Positions 25,689 through 39,340 of a DNA stretch of 64,000 nt are shown here, in pieces. This stretch comes from Octopus sinensis. Lineage: Eukaryota. The notes under the pieces are model-generated. The model was not told the DNA's origin. It ran no database searches and was given only the letters and a program-made list of their open reading frames with translations. The position numbers were made by a program, and so were the translations under genes. The DNA lies in assembly GCF_006345805.1 (NCBI RefSeq), contig NC_043004.1:104160001-104224000 (forward strand), given 5' to 3'. Position 1 is the first letter of the stretch. Each line of letters starts with the position of its first letter.

Positions 25689-26948
25689 CATGTATATATA
25701 TATAGATTTGTGTGTATACACACACCACACACATTATGCATATGTATTATATATGAACTGAAAAATAACACATTAAGAATAGCAGGAAAAGGAAGTAATA
25801 TTATTAATTATTATTGATTTAATTAAAATATATTTAATTAATATATGTCAGTTATTATTATTATTAAAGAATGTAATTAAATATTAACTGCCATTATATA
25901 TCTAATTTGAATATAACGATAAAATGGCAAAGACAAAAGGGAATGGCCATGAAATTTTAAAATCTATCCATGATAATACATATTTTCATTAAAATATTTA
26001 ATTAAATATTCAATTCCTTAGTGCTTTCACTGATTTAATTTAGATATTAAAAGAGCGACAGACTTGCTGCAAGGTTAACGTGCTAATTTCTTTTTCTTTT
26101 CTTTCATTTTTTAAAATTTTATTTATTTATTTATTTTAGTCTAGTCTGAAGATTATAAAAGACTGTAACAGGAAAAACATGGTAAAAAGCATTTAGGTGA
26201 AAAACATGGCAGATAGAAATGGTTGTTTGTTATTTAACCCCAGGCTAGACATGATCCCAGTAGACCTATATGATCAAAGACCTTGCAGCTATGCCCATAT
26301 TCTGCTTGTTATCCTTTTTCTTTTCTTTACTTTTCTTTTCTATCAGACTACTATTTTTTACTATTTACTATTTTTCTTGTTTCAGTCATTTGACTGCGGC
26401 CATGCTGGAGCACCGCCTTTAGTCGAGCAAATCGACCCCGGGACTTATTCTTTGTAAGCCCAGTACTTATTCTATCGGTCTCTTTTGCCGAACTGCTTAA
26501 GACTGTATCCAGAGTTACAATATTCAATGAGTTTCTTGCATTTTTTTAAAGATTGATGGGTGAAGTTTAAGTGAGGTTAAGCTGCCATTTCTAGCAAACC
26601 AAGTGATTGAGTACTGCTGTAGTTCCTAGCCATTTATTGCACCAAGGACTGATTCCACACAAGACATTTTTTTCCATGGCTCAGGGAATCACACACATGA
26701 CAAAACAAAAGTGCATAGAATATAATTTAATTATTACATATATACTCGTTATGCAAATTTAATTATTGCATTGTATATTATGCACTTTATTTCTGCTGTA
26801 AAACTATAATGGATTAGTAGCACTAAGCGGTGATGTATATAAATATAAACTTCCTACCAGTTCAAAGTATGCTTGCAACATATTCAAGCCCATAGCCATT
26901 GACTACATTTTGTGACAGAGAAAAATTCTCACTATCAGTAGTTCTCAC

Positions 26949-27026
26949 TCGGGGTCCATATTGGCTCTTGGAGATCCATATAAGATTTTGTTATAAAAAT
27001 TCATGTGCAATAAATTTCTCATACTC
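26949..27026 (-). CDS. Candidate 78-nt exon of unknown gene (phase 2-2)
   Basis: ttttgtatattgcag|G...CGA|gtgaga; only open frame SMRNLLHMNFYNKILYGSPRANMDP; no recognisable homology. Confidence 0.2.
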
Positions 27027-27099
27027 CTGCAATATACAAAATGTTTTACTTGTTATAAAAAATACAGTAGGATTTTTTTTCATCATTATCATCATTTAA

Positions 27100-27320
27100 C
27101 CCTTTCGTTACTGAATTTATTTTGAGATGCTCAGTGTTTCTTCCAATTATGTTAAATATAACAAAGAATTAAGTAAAATAAGTTGGTTATCATTAAGCTA
27201 GAGTTAGGGACATAAATTGTGACTAAGGTTTGGTGGAAGGTTTTAATTCAGAACTTTTGAAAACCAGACATTTGTACTAAAGAGCCAGAGCTGGTTTCAG
27301 CCGGGTTGGTAATGAAAGGG
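27100..27320. mobile_element. piggyBac-type MITE (221 bp), copy 1
   Basis: TTAA|CCCTTTCGTTAC...GTAATGAAAGGG; right TTAA lost; similar to 33536-33756. Confidence 0.75.
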
Positions 27321-27631
27321 TCTGCCTTCCATGCTGGCATAGGTTAGATGGTTTGACAGGAGCTGGCCAGGTAGGAGACTGCTCCAGACCTCTGTGTCTG
27401 TTTTAGCATGGTTTTTATGGTTGGATGTCCTTCTTAACACCAACCTCTCAGCAGAGTGGACAGAGTGGTTTTTATGTGGCATGAGCAAAGGGAAGGTCAG
27501 TTTTGGCATGATTTTTACACCTGGATGCCCTTCCAAATGCCCATCAAATGGCTATGTAAATCCAGTAGATTAAAATGGGAATCAAAGGAGTTCACAGCTT
27601 TAGACAAAAGGGTAAACACATCAAATCAGAA

Positions 27632-27712
27632 TGGAGAACACTCTACCCAGATTGATGGGTAGGAGGCACTAACTTATGTCTGATAACATTGATCTGGGTA
27701 GAAGGTGCTCCA
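27632..27712 (+). other. About 80-nt hairpin (pre-miRNA-like or MITE-derived)
   Basis: tggagaacactctacccagattgatg pairs with cattgatctgggtagaaggtgctcca (G:U allowed), 29-nt loop. Confidence 0.4.
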
Positions 27713-27867
27713 GACTAACTTTTTCTCAACAGTGAGAATTTTTCTTTGTTACAAAATGCAAGGAAAGGCTTCCTTATGGGTTCGAGTATGTCTCAAGCAT
27801 ATTTGAACTGGTAACAAGTTTATATAATTACATTGTAATACATAGAATACAACTCAAAATTTTAAAA

Positions 27868-27948
27868 AATTTATTCTTTCTGTGCAGCCCAGTACCAAAT
27901 GATCCACAGTCTGGATCTGGTCTGCAGCCCAGTGGTTGGGGCATCCTG
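27868..27948 (-). mobile_element. hAT/Charlie-like (MER1-type) terminal fragment
   Basis: Minus: caggatgccccaaccactgggctgcagacc...ggtactgggctgcacagaaagaataaat resembles Charlie MITE left ends. Confidence 0.5.
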
Positions 27949-28104
27949 ATGTAGAGGCCGTTTCATCCACACAAGAAAAACACTTGAGGAAAACTGTCTG
28001 TTTTATTCAGGAATGCGGCTCATGTGTATAATCCAAACACCGAGTTTTGGGTGACAAAATGATGTTGCTGTTGTTGTTATTGTTCAACCATAATTCAACC
28101 GTAA

Positions 28105-28330
28105 TAGAAGGTGCATGGCTCAGTGGTTAGGGTGTTGGACTCATGATCATAAGGTTTCAATTCCTGGATTGGGTGATGCATTGTATTCTTGAGAAAAACA
28201 CTTCACTTCACCTTGCTCCAGTCCACTCAGCTGACAAAAGTGAGTAATCCTGCAATGGGCCAGCATCCCATCCAGGTGGGGAATAAATACACCTTGGAAA
28301 CAGGGAAACCGGCCCTTAGGAGTCAGTATG
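28105..28330 (+). mobile_element. tRNA-derived SINE with CORE-like central domain
   Basis: A box tggctcagtggttagg, B box ggtttcaattcc, central cttgagaaaaacacttcac...ttgctccagtccactcagctg. Confidence 0.6.
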
Positions 28331-29255
28331 ACTCAAGAAGATAACTTTACTTTACTTAACAGAACAAGTCTATAATGAAAGGCATTCCAGGCATGACCAT
28401 CCTGTCTTTGTTAGGGTTGATGGAATCATATTATCTATCATATCATGTTCCTTTTTAAGATGCTATGGCAGTGGTTCTCAGGGTACTACCATACATTTGG
28501 TTCCATTCCATGAAATATATCGAGTTGTACCTCAGATCTTTAAAAATATAATTTAAGACTTAACCTCTCCCATACTAATGCCCTTGTGTCTTGAAAGCAT
28601 CATCATCATCATTTAGCGTCCGCTTTCCATGCTAGCATGGGTTGGACGGTTCAACTGGGGTCTGGGAGGCTAGAAGGCTGCAGCAGGCCCAGTCTGATCT
28701 GGCAATGTTTCTACGGCTGGATGCCCTTCCTAACGCCAACCACTCCGTGAGTGTAGTGGGTGCTTTTTACGTGCCACCCACACAGGTGCCAGACGGAGCT
28801 GGCAAACGGCCATGGACGGATGGTACTTTTTACGTGCCACCGGCACGGGGGCCAGGCAAGGCTGGCAATGGCCACGAACCGATGGTGCTTTTTACGTGCC
28901 ACCGGCACGGGGGCCAGGTAAGGCTGGCAACGGGTCACGAACGGATGGTGCTTTTTATGTGCCACCGGCAGCATGTTAATGATAATTTCGTTATTCACAA
29001 ATATAATTAATAAGATAATCTAATACTTTTTTAATGTTTTTTTTCTGAGTTTTAATTTTAATAATGCAGGCACAGTTATGTAGTTAAGAATTTCACTTTG
29101 CAGCCACATAGATCCTGGTTCAATCCTGTTGCATGGCACTTTGGATTTGAATTTGGTATATAAACATTATCATCATCATCATCCTCATTGTTTGACCATC
29201 CACTTTTCTATGCTTGCATTGGTCAGATTGAATTTGTTGAGAAAATGTTTCTATA

Positions 29256-29661
29256 GGCGCAGGAGTGACTGTGTGGTAAGTAGCTTCCTTACAAACCAAA
29301 TGGATTCTGAGTTCAGTCCCACTGCATGGCACCTTGGGTAAAGGTCTTCTACTATAGCCTCAGGCCGACCAAAGCCTTGTGAATGGATTTAGTAGGTGGA
29401 AACTGAAAGAAGCACTTCATATGTATATATATATATAAACTTGTGTGTGTGTGTGTGTTTATATGCCTGTGTTTGTTCCCCCATCATCGCTTGACAATCG
29501 ATGCTGGTGTGTTTACGTCCCCCATAACTTAGTAGTTCGGCAAAATACACCAATAGAATAAGTACTAGTCTTACAAAGAATGAGTCCTGGAGTCGATTTG
29601 TTCAACTAAAGATGGTGCTCCAGCATGGTCGCAGTCAAGTGACTGAAACAAATAAAAGAGT
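29256..29661 (+). mobile_element. tRNA-derived SINE S1, full length
   Basis: ggcgcaggagtgactgtgtggtaagtagc head to gtgactgaaacaaataaaagag tail. Confidence 0.8.
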
Positions 29662-29886
29662 ATAACCGGATGCTTTCCTGCTACCAATACTTATCTGTTT
29701 CCAAGCATTTCCAATCAGTTAAGATCAGAAGCCACAAGAGCCACTGCCTGGTACTGCATCAGGGCATTCATTATTGTTGTTATTATTATTATTATCATCA
29801 TCATCATCATCATCATTATTATCATTATTATTATCATCATCATCATTCATCATCATCATCATCATCATCAACATCATCATCATCAA

Positions 29887-29934
<48 letters not shown>

Positions 29935-29950
29935 TATCATTATTATTATT

Positions 29951-30024
<74 letters not shown>

Positions 30025-30379
30025 AAAGGCAGCAAGCAAGCAGAATCATTAGAACCACTTGAGTACTGGGGTCAATATACTCAACTTACCCGATCCTCGA
30101 AATTGCTGGCCTTGTGCCAAAATTTGAAATCATTATTATGGTTGTTGTTGTCATTAGGATTTTAAAGTTGGGACAAATAATTCTTTCTCCTAAAAGCACA
30201 AGGCCTAAAATTTGGGGGGGGAGGAGACTAGTTGATTACATCGCCGTCAGTGTTTCACTGTTACTTAATTTATCAACCCTGAAAGGATGAAAAGCAAAGT
30301 CGACCTCGGCAGAATTTGAACTCAGGACATAAGGTCAGATGAAATCCACCAAAGCTAACAATTTTGCCAGCTCACCACC

Positions 30380-30836
<457 letters not shown>

Positions 30837-31133
30837 GCACGTGAAAAACATGCGAGCGAGGTCGTCGCCAGTGCCACTGGACTGGCTCCTGTGCAGGTGG
30901 CATGTAAAAAAACACCATTTGAGTGTGGCCGTTGCCAGTACCGCCTGACTGGATCTTGTGCCGGTGGCACATAAAAGCACCCACTACACTCTCGGAGTGG
31001 TTGGCGTTAGGAAGGGCATCCAGTTGTAGAAACTCTGCCAGATCAAGATTCGAGCCTAGTGCAGCCATCAGGTTCACCAGTTCTCAGTCAAATCGTCCAA
31101 CCCATGCTAGCATGGAAAGCAGACGTTAAACGA

Positions 31134-31222
<89 letters not shown>

Positions 31223-31223
<1 letters not shown>

Positions 31224-31474
31224 TAGCGACAATATAGCGGCGAAAGAATTTGACAAGATCAGTAAATATAAAGACTTGCTAATAGAAATTGAAATAAAAA
31301 AGGGGCATCTCAAGGCGACTACAGTACCAGTGATTGTAGGAGCTCTAGGAATGATAAAAAAAAGGTACTGAAACCTATTTGAAAATGATACCAGGCTTAC
31401 CGTCCCTACAGGAAATGCAAAAAATCGTGTTAACAGGAACGACTCATGTACTGAGAAGAGCATTATGGTGGTGA
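31223..31474 (+). mobile_element. R4/Dong-type RLE 3' fragment, second subfamily, downstream of (TAA)n
   Basis: DNIAAKEFDKISKYKDLLIEIE..HLKATTVPVIVGALGMIKK..QKIVLTGTTHVLRRAL. Confidence 0.8.
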
Positions 31475-31508
31475 AAACAACATCCATTCATGAATTTATT
31501 TATTTTAC

Positions 31509-31559
31509 CTGTTAATTTGAGTGTGTAATCTGGGAATGCATACGATGAGCTTCTCTGCC
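31509..31559 (-). CDS. Candidate 51-nt exon of unknown gene
   Basis: Long pyrimidine tract ...ttttctgtacacctag|GGCAG...AACAG|gtaaaa; open in phase 1 (QRSSSYAFPDYTLKLT) and phase 2 (AEKLIVCIPRLHTQIN). Confidence 0.22.
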
Positions 31560-32087
31560 CTAGGTGTACAGAAAACACTCAGCAAGAAATGGAAGAAAAT
31601 TTGAAGAAAGAGAGAAAAAAAAGCAATAATAATAATTATAATAATCCTTTCTACTAAAGGCACAAGGCCTGAAATTTGTGAGGAGATTAGTCAATTACAT
31701 CAACCTTAGGGTTTCACTGGTACTTAATTTATCAACCTCGAATGGACGAAAGGCAAAGAAGACCTCAGTGGAATTTGAACTCAGAATGAAAGGATGGACA
31801 AAATTCCACTGTTTCACCCGGCATGCTAATGATTCTGCCAGCTCACCATCTTAGCTGGTACAAATAGTAACCGGTCACTTTAGAAGCAGTCTGTTACTGC
31901 ATCCAGTGCGTCTTAGTTTTCACTTAAAATGGCTTTGAGTTCAAATCCCATTGATGTTAATTCCCCACTATACTTACTGGCATTGACAAAGATAAGTTTT
32001 GGTGAATCAATAAAATTGGCCATATGCCAGTTACTCCAGAATTGGCCTTGTGCCTAAGAGAGAAATCAATAGGAGCAGTAGTAGTAA

Positions 32088-32129
<42 letters not shown>

Positions 32130-32345
32130 TAACAGTTATTGATTAGCCAAAGACCAGTCTTGATCTAGCAGACCTACAAGCAGACAATCTTATTCAATGA
32201 GCCCTTCCTTTTTTCAAGATAGCAGTATGTGGTTTGAAGGAGATTTTGTTGTTATTTTTTGCAGAACAAATAAATGCATAGAGGCACCCTCATTGGCAGA
32301 GAGAAATAGTAGCTGTATTGTTGTAGCAGCAGCAGCAGTAGTAGT

Positions 32346-32437
<92 letters not shown>

Positions 32438-32768
32438 CATAGCAGCAGCAGCATTACAATGAACTTGTGAAAAATGAAAGAGAGCCTTTTAGATGATTAT
32501 GCGACCTGCTAGAAATAGCAGCCAAACCCTCCCCACCCACCTCAAATCATACATCCTACTATCTTACAAAAAGAGGGATGCACTAGATAATGTAGTCCTA
32601 GACACAGAATATCTGAAAAAAATAAAAAGGGAAAGATGCTAGAGGGGATGGCCATGTCTGGGACGCCTTTGATCATAGGTCTGCTGGATCAGTACTGACA
32701 GGGAGCTAAACAAAAACACCAACAACAGCAGCAGCAGATTAATTGTGGTATTGGTGGTAGTAGTAGTG

Positions 32769-32818
<50 letters not shown>

Positions 32819-33535
32819 GGTGGTGGTAGTAGTAGTAGTAGGTAGTAGTAGTGGTAGTAGTAGTAGTAGTGGCGGTAGTGGTGTGGCGGTGTGGCAGTTG
32901 TAGTAGTAGTAGTAGTGGTGGTGGTGGTGGTGGTGGTGGTGGTAGTGGTGGTGGTGGTGGTGGTGGTGGTGGTAGTGGTAGTAGTAGTGGTAGTAGTAGT
33001 GGTAGTAGTAGTGGTAGTAGTAGTAGTAGTAGCAGCAGCAGCAGCAGCTTATGCAAAGTACACACTTTGCATGTACAAACAATGTCAAGTTAGAATTAAA
33101 ATGCACATGGAACTAACGACTGGTGCACATTATGATGTAGATATAATGTACAATATGTTGCAGTCATCTGTTCAGGATGTTGTGTAGACAACACATGCAT
33201 CACACAGGAACTAATGTCTGACTATATTAAGTTACATAATACTGACAGAAAACCTGCATCATTATTATCATCACTCCCACCTCCAACATCACCGCCCCTC
33301 CCCCACCACCATCAACAACAACACCATCACCACCACCACCACCATCACCACCACCATCACCACCACCACCAGCCAGCCAGCCAAAGCACAAAACATTTGA
33401 TAACTCGCAGTAGACTTTATTAAAAAAATATACCTGGTGTACATGAGCCATCATGTAAAGATGCCTCAGTGCACCAACTCAACCTGCTGGTAGTAGCAGC
33501 CAAATGTATTCTGTTTTGTACCCTGACATCCTTAA

Positions 33536-33756
33536 CCCTTTCATTACTGCATTTATTTTGAGATGCTCTGAGTTTCTTTCAATTAATTTTAAATATAACA
33601 AAGAATTTAGTAAAATAAGTTGGTTATCATTCAGCTAGTGTTAGGAGCATAAATCGTGACTAAGGTTTGGTGGAAGATTTTAATTCAAAACTTATGAAAA
33701 CAAGACATTTGTATTCAGAGCCAGAGCCGGTTTCAGCCGGATTGGTAACAAAAGGG
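33536..33756. mobile_element. piggyBac-type MITE (221 bp), copy 2 with both TTAA TSDs
   Basis: TTAA|CCCTTTCATTAC...GTAACAAAAGGG|TTAA. Confidence 0.85.
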
Positions 33757-34295
33757 TTAAGAATGAAGGAAACATTAGATGATGTAGTTTATCACGAATC
33801 TGTTTGACCAGGACCGATGTGAAACTAAACTAGGCACCACTCCTCACTTCAATCTCACCTTCTGTTTCTCTTCCTGTTTCATTCCTATCATCTTTAAGTC
33901 CATCACCCTATTTTCATACGAAATGTTTTATTAAGCGAATCCTTCTTTCCATAACAAAATCATTTTAGAAATCCTCTCTCTTTGTTAACCTACATATTAG
34001 ACTTACAAACATATCAGTTTTATCTATTTTTTTTGTAGACTGAAAAACAACAAAAATGATAAAATGATGAACAGTCTGTAGGTTCAGGTGTAGCTGTTTG
34101 GTAAGGAGCTTGCTTCCCAATCATGTAGTTCTGGGTTCAGTCCCACTGCATGGTACTTTCGGCAAGAGTCTTCTACTATAACTTTGGGCTGACTAAAGCC
34201 TTGTGAGTGAATTTGGTGGATGGAAACTGAAAGAAACCTGTCATATATATGTATATGTATATGTACATGTATATGTATGTATATATATATATATA

Positions 34296-34391
<96 letters not shown>

Positions 34392-34394
<3 letters not shown>

Positions 34395-34825
34395 GTGGGC
34401 ATGGCTATGTGGTTAGGGAGCTTGCTTCCTAGTTACATGGTTTCGGGTTCAGTCCCACTGCGTGGCACTTTGGGTAGGTGTCTTCCACTATAGCCCCGAG
34501 CCGACCGAAGCTTTGTGATTGAATTCGGCAGGCGGAAGTTACTGCCGTGTGTGTATATGTGTGTGTAGGTGCTTGTGCCTCTCCGAAAGAGAGAGAGGGA
34601 TATAGGTAGAGTTTACAAAAAAAACAAAAGACAAAGACAGGTGGTGTACAAAACAAACAGATGTATTAGTATAACACTCGGGAATAGAAAAAGTCTTTTA
34701 CGTTTCGAGCCTACGCTCTTCTACAGAAAGGGACACAGAAAAAAACTAGGAGAGAAACAAGGAGAGAAAAGAATGTGTGTAGTAGCTAACGATCTATCAT
34801 GGCATGTATGGCATATAATAATTAT

Positions 34826-34880
<55 letters not shown>

Positions 34881-34900
34881 ATTATATATATATATATTAT

Positions 34901-34933
<33 letters not shown>

Positions 34934-35357
34934 GGCGTGGGCATGGCTGTGTGGTTAGGGAGCTTGCTTCCTAGCTACATGGTTTCGGGTTCAGTCCCAC
35001 TGCATGGCACTTTGGGTAGGTGTCTTCCACTATAGCCCCGAGCCGACCGAAGCTTTGTGATTGAATTCGGCAGGCGGAAGTTACTGCCGTGTGTGTATAT
35101 GTGCGTGTAGGTGCTTGTGCCTCTCCGAAAGAGAGAGAGGGATATAGGGAGAGTTTACAAAAAAAACAAAAGACAAAGACAGGTGGTGTACAAAACAAAC
35201 AGATGTATTAGTATAACACTCGGGAATAGAAAAAGTCTTTTACGTTTCGAGCCTACACTCTTCTACAGAAAGGGACACAGAAAAAAACTAGGAGAGAAAC
35301 AAGGAGAGAAAAGAATGTGTGTAGTAGCTAACGATCTATCATGGCATGTATGGCATA
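34392..35357. repeat. 542-bp tandem duplication (SINE head + family-A element + (TA)n)
   Basis: 34392-34815 matches 34934-35357 at constant offset 542 with few substitutions. Confidence 0.9.
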
Positions 35358-35360
35358 TAT

Positions 35361-36884
35361 ATCATCATCATCATCATCATCATCGTTTAACGTCCGCTTT
35401 CCATGCTAGCATGGGTTGGACGGTTCAACTGGGGTCTGGCAAGCCCGAAGGCTGCACCAGGCCAGTCAGATCTGGCAGTGTTTCTACAGCTGGATGCCCT
35501 TCCTAACGCCAACCACTCCGAGAGTGTAGTGGGTGATTTTATGTGCCACCGACACAGGTGCCAGACGAGGCTGGCAGACGGCCACGCTCGGATGGTGTTT
35601 TTTATGTGCCACCGACACAGGTGCCAGACGAGGCTGGCTGACGGCCACGCTCGGATGGTGTTTTCTTCTTATGTGTCACCGACACAGGTGCCAGACGAGG
35701 CTGGCGGACGGCCACGCTCGGATGGTGTTTGTTACGTGCCCTCAGCACAGAAGCCAGTCGTTGCAGTACTGGCTACGGTCACGTTCGGATGGTTTTTCTT
35801 ATGTGCCACCGGCACTGGTACCACAAGGATACAAATTCCATTGATGTTCATCTATTTTGATTTGGTTCGATTTGATTTGATTTGATTCGATTCGATTCTC
35901 ACTTGCCTCAACAGGTCTTCACAAGTGTCACAAGAAGGAAGGTATGCACAGGTGGACTGACTACGTCCCAGGTAGGGGCCACGGATTATGGCTTCACTAG
36001 TCTTGCCGGGTCTTCTCAACAACAGCATACTTCCATAGGTCTCGGTCTCTAGTCATTTCCATGGTGAGACCTAACGTCCGAAGGTCGTGCTTCACCACCT
36101 CGTCCCAGGTTTTCCTGGGTCTACCTCTTCCACGGGTTCCCTCAACTGCTAGGGATTGGCACTTCTCTCACACACCTATCTTCATCCATTCTCGCCACAT
36201 GACCATACCAGCGCAATCGTCTCTCTTGCACACAACAACTGATGCTTCTTAGGTACAACATTTCTCTCAAGGTACTAACGCTCTGTCGAGTAAGTACACT
36301 GACATTACACATCCATCGGAGCATACTGGCTTCATTCCTCACGAGCTTACGCATGTCCTCAGCAGTCACGGCCCATGTTTCACTGCCATGTAGCATAGCT
36401 GTTCGTACACATGCATCATACAGTCTGCCTTTTACTCTGAGCGAGAGGCCTTTAGTCACCAGCAGAGGTAAGAGCTCCCTAAACTTTGCCCAGGCTATTC
36501 TTATTCTAGCAGTTACACACTTTCAGCGCACCCACCCCCACTACTGACTTGGTCACCTAGATAGCGGAAGCTATCAACTACTTCTAGTTTTTTTCCCCCC
36601 GGAAAGTGACGGAGTTGTTTTCTGCAGATTTTCGGAGGTCAATGCTCCTGAGCATCTGCCACATACAAAAACTATCTTCCAGTTAGCCTACCTTTGACAT
36701 TGCTGCACCTCTTATGTGTCCATAGCTTACACTGGGTACATCTTATAGAGTTTCTACCTACACCTTTTCTACAGATCGAGCAGGGCCATCTTCCTGAGGA
36801 TATTTGTGGATTTTCTACCTTTCTACTTATTAGTACTTTGGTTTTAGCTAGGTTGACTCTAAGGCCCCTCGATTCTAAACCCTC
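35361..36884 (-). mobile_element. 5'-truncated RTE-clade LINE (RT C-terminal region with PHD-like finger, 3'UTR VNTR, (ATG)n tail)
   Basis: GLRVNLAKTKVL..CSICRKGVGRNSIRCTQCKLWTHKRC..; LSLRVKGRLYDACVRTAMLHGSETWAV..EASMLRWMCNVS..QERRLRWYGHVARM; frameshifts present. Confidence 0.9.
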
Positions 36885-37084
36885 ATACATATACATATAT
36901 ACATACAGACAGACAGACAGATAGACACACACACACACACACACACCACACACACATGATCCAGCATGGCACAAAAACCTCAAGGCTGAAACATTAAAAG
37001 AATAACAGAATATAAATGTGTGCATGTGTGTGAGAGAGAGAGTGTGTGTGTATATGCATGTATGTATGTATGTATATATATATA

Positions 37085-37670
37085 TAATAATGCGGTTTTT
37101 TTCAACAGCTTGAACTAAATGTCAGAGGGAATGGGATAAACTACTTATATTAACTTGCTTATAAAAGCAGGTAGTAATTTTATCTTGTCCTTATTCATAG
37201 TGCAAGTTTTGAAGAGTGCATTTCGATTTTACAGCTATTTTTTTCAAAGCTATGTTGGAAGTAACAAAGGAGCATATTTGGCATATTTTGCTTTATGAGT
37301 TCAATAAAGACAACAACGCAACGGAAAGTACAAGAAATATTAATGCAGTATATGGGGATTGGACAATAAGCGTAAGGCAGTGTCAATGGTGGTTCCAGAA
37401 ATTCCGAGCCATAAACTACAGCCTAGAAGACGAGCCTCATCCTGAAAGATCTGTAGAACTCGACAAGGACATCCTGAAAACCCTGGTGGAACAAAATCTC
37501 ATCGTAACTGTTGAGGAACTAGCAGAGAAGCTTGGATTTGGTCATTCAACCATTCATTGAGACCTGTGTGCTATCGGAAAATCAGCAAATTGGGTCAATG
37601 GGTTCCTCACGAACTTTCCGAGTCTAATTGCATGCAGAGAGTGAATGTATGCTTTTCTTTGCTGTCACAT
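37085..37670 (+). mobile_element. mariner transposon 5' half (transposase N-terminus, pseudogene)
   Basis: ATG 37252: MLEVTKEHIWHILLYEFNK..QWWFQKFR..SLEDEP..LAEKLGFGHSTIH*..GQWVPHELSES (WVPHEL motif). Confidence 0.9.
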
Positions 37671-37694
37671 CTCACCACTACTGCGCTATGTATA

Positions 37695-37961
37695 TCTATA
37701 TATATAAAACTGTAGTTGTGTGAGTGTCTGTCCCCTTCGATTCCGACTCCCAACCACTCCCACACTCCGCGGTGCAGTCCAACCAAATTCAGGTAGCTCA
37801 TAGTCGCGACTCATATCGAGCCCGTCTGAGTACTAACGCGGGTCCACGATGAGTCCACGATCCCAAAAACAATTTAACATCATCTTTTATTCCATTCTAA
37901 TGCATAATTTTTCGTGTGTCGATGGCGGCGGAGTTGGCGTCCACGCTCACCCGCACCTGTG

Positions 37962-37965
<4 letters not shown>
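37695..37965 (+). mobile_element. Helitron-like 5' end, abutting the truncated mariner
   Basis: TCTATATATATAAAACTGTAGTTGTGTGAGTGTCTGTCC start typical of non-autonomous Helitrons; CpG-rich body. Confidence 0.5.
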
Positions 37966-37998
<33 letters not shown>

Positions 37999-38039
37999 GT
38001 ATATATATATATATATATATAGATATACATATATATATA

Positions 38040-38083
<44 letters not shown>

Positions 38084-38149
38084 ATATATGTATATATATA
38101 TGGTATATACATATATATATATATATATATATGTAGTAAATATATAATG

Positions 38150-38191
<42 letters not shown>

Positions 38192-38229
38192 CTATATAAT
38201 ATATATACATATAGAAAAATAGATAGACG

Positions 38230-38267
<38 letters not shown>

Positions 38268-38270
<3 letters not shown>

Positions 38271-38918
38271 TAGTTACAGGGAGTTTGAGCTTATTTCTCT
38301 TATCTTTAAGTCCATTATCCCTTTTCATACTAAATGCCTTATTTATGCAATCTTTATCCCTAGAACAAAATCCTTCTGAAACTCTTCTTTGTTTCTTTAA
38401 GTACCTCGTCCTTAACAATTCTTCTAACTAAGCACTAACTTTTATCCAGTTTTTAAACTCTCAGTTTCAAGTTAGGATTTCCCCAAACTAAATTTGGTTT
38501 TAAATCAGAATTTTTTTTGAAAGTGGATTGGTTTGACGTCGGGGTTACCCCAAGTGGCTCATATTTAAAGTAGTAGTAGTAGTAGTAGTGGTGGTGGTGG
38601 TGGTGGTGGTGGTGGTGGTGACAGTAGCAGTGACATCAGCAACAGTGATGGTGGTCACGGCTGTGGTGGTGATGGTTGCAGTTGTAGCAGTGGATGGTGG
38701 TGGTGGCGGTGGTTGTGGCAGTGGTGTGGAGGCAACAGTGGTGGCGGTGGTGGTAGTATTTATAGTTGTTGCTTTTGCTCTCATTTCTGATCAAGGAAAC
38801 CCCTGAATCGTGACATTCAAACACTCATCATCCTGTTTTTGATCATACTCTATTTAAGTTATCCAAGGAAAATTTGGCTGCTATTTCTAGCATGTTGAAC
38901 AATTACATAGAAACTTTA
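38268..38918. repeat. Left arm of about 650-bp inverted duplication
   Basis: Reverse complement of 40294-40949 with scattered substitutions. Confidence 0.95.
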
Positions 38919-39134
38919 CTCTTTTACTTGTTTCAGTCATTTGACTGTGGCCAACCTGGAGCACCACCTTAGTTGAGCAAATCGACCCCAGGACTTATTC
39001 TTTGTAAGCTTAGTACTTATTCTATCAGTCTCTTTTGCCAGGAATGTAAACACACCAGCATCGGTTGTCAAGCGATGATGGGGAGACAAACACAGACACA
39101 CAAACACAGACACACACATACACATATATATATA

Positions 39135-39179
<45 letters not shown>

Positions 39180-39340
39180 CGATGGGCTACTTTCAGTTTC
39201 TGTCTACCAAATCCGCTCACAAGGCTTTGGTCGGAGTGAGGCTATAGTAGAAGACACTTGCCCAAGGTGCCATGCAGTGGGACTGAACCCAGAACCATGT
39301 GGTTGGTTAGCAAGCTACTTACCACACAGCCACTCCTGCC
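38919..39340 (-). mobile_element. tRNA-derived SINE S1, full length, abutting the left arm
   Basis: Tail ctcttttacttgtttcagtcatttgactg through head ccacacagccactcctgcc. Confidence 0.8.

Noticed and set aside
35538-35815. Regularly spaced repeats resembling a CRISPR array
   Set aside because: The whole unit repeats with no unique spacers, it lies in an RTE 3'UTR, and there are no cas genes in this eukaryotic context
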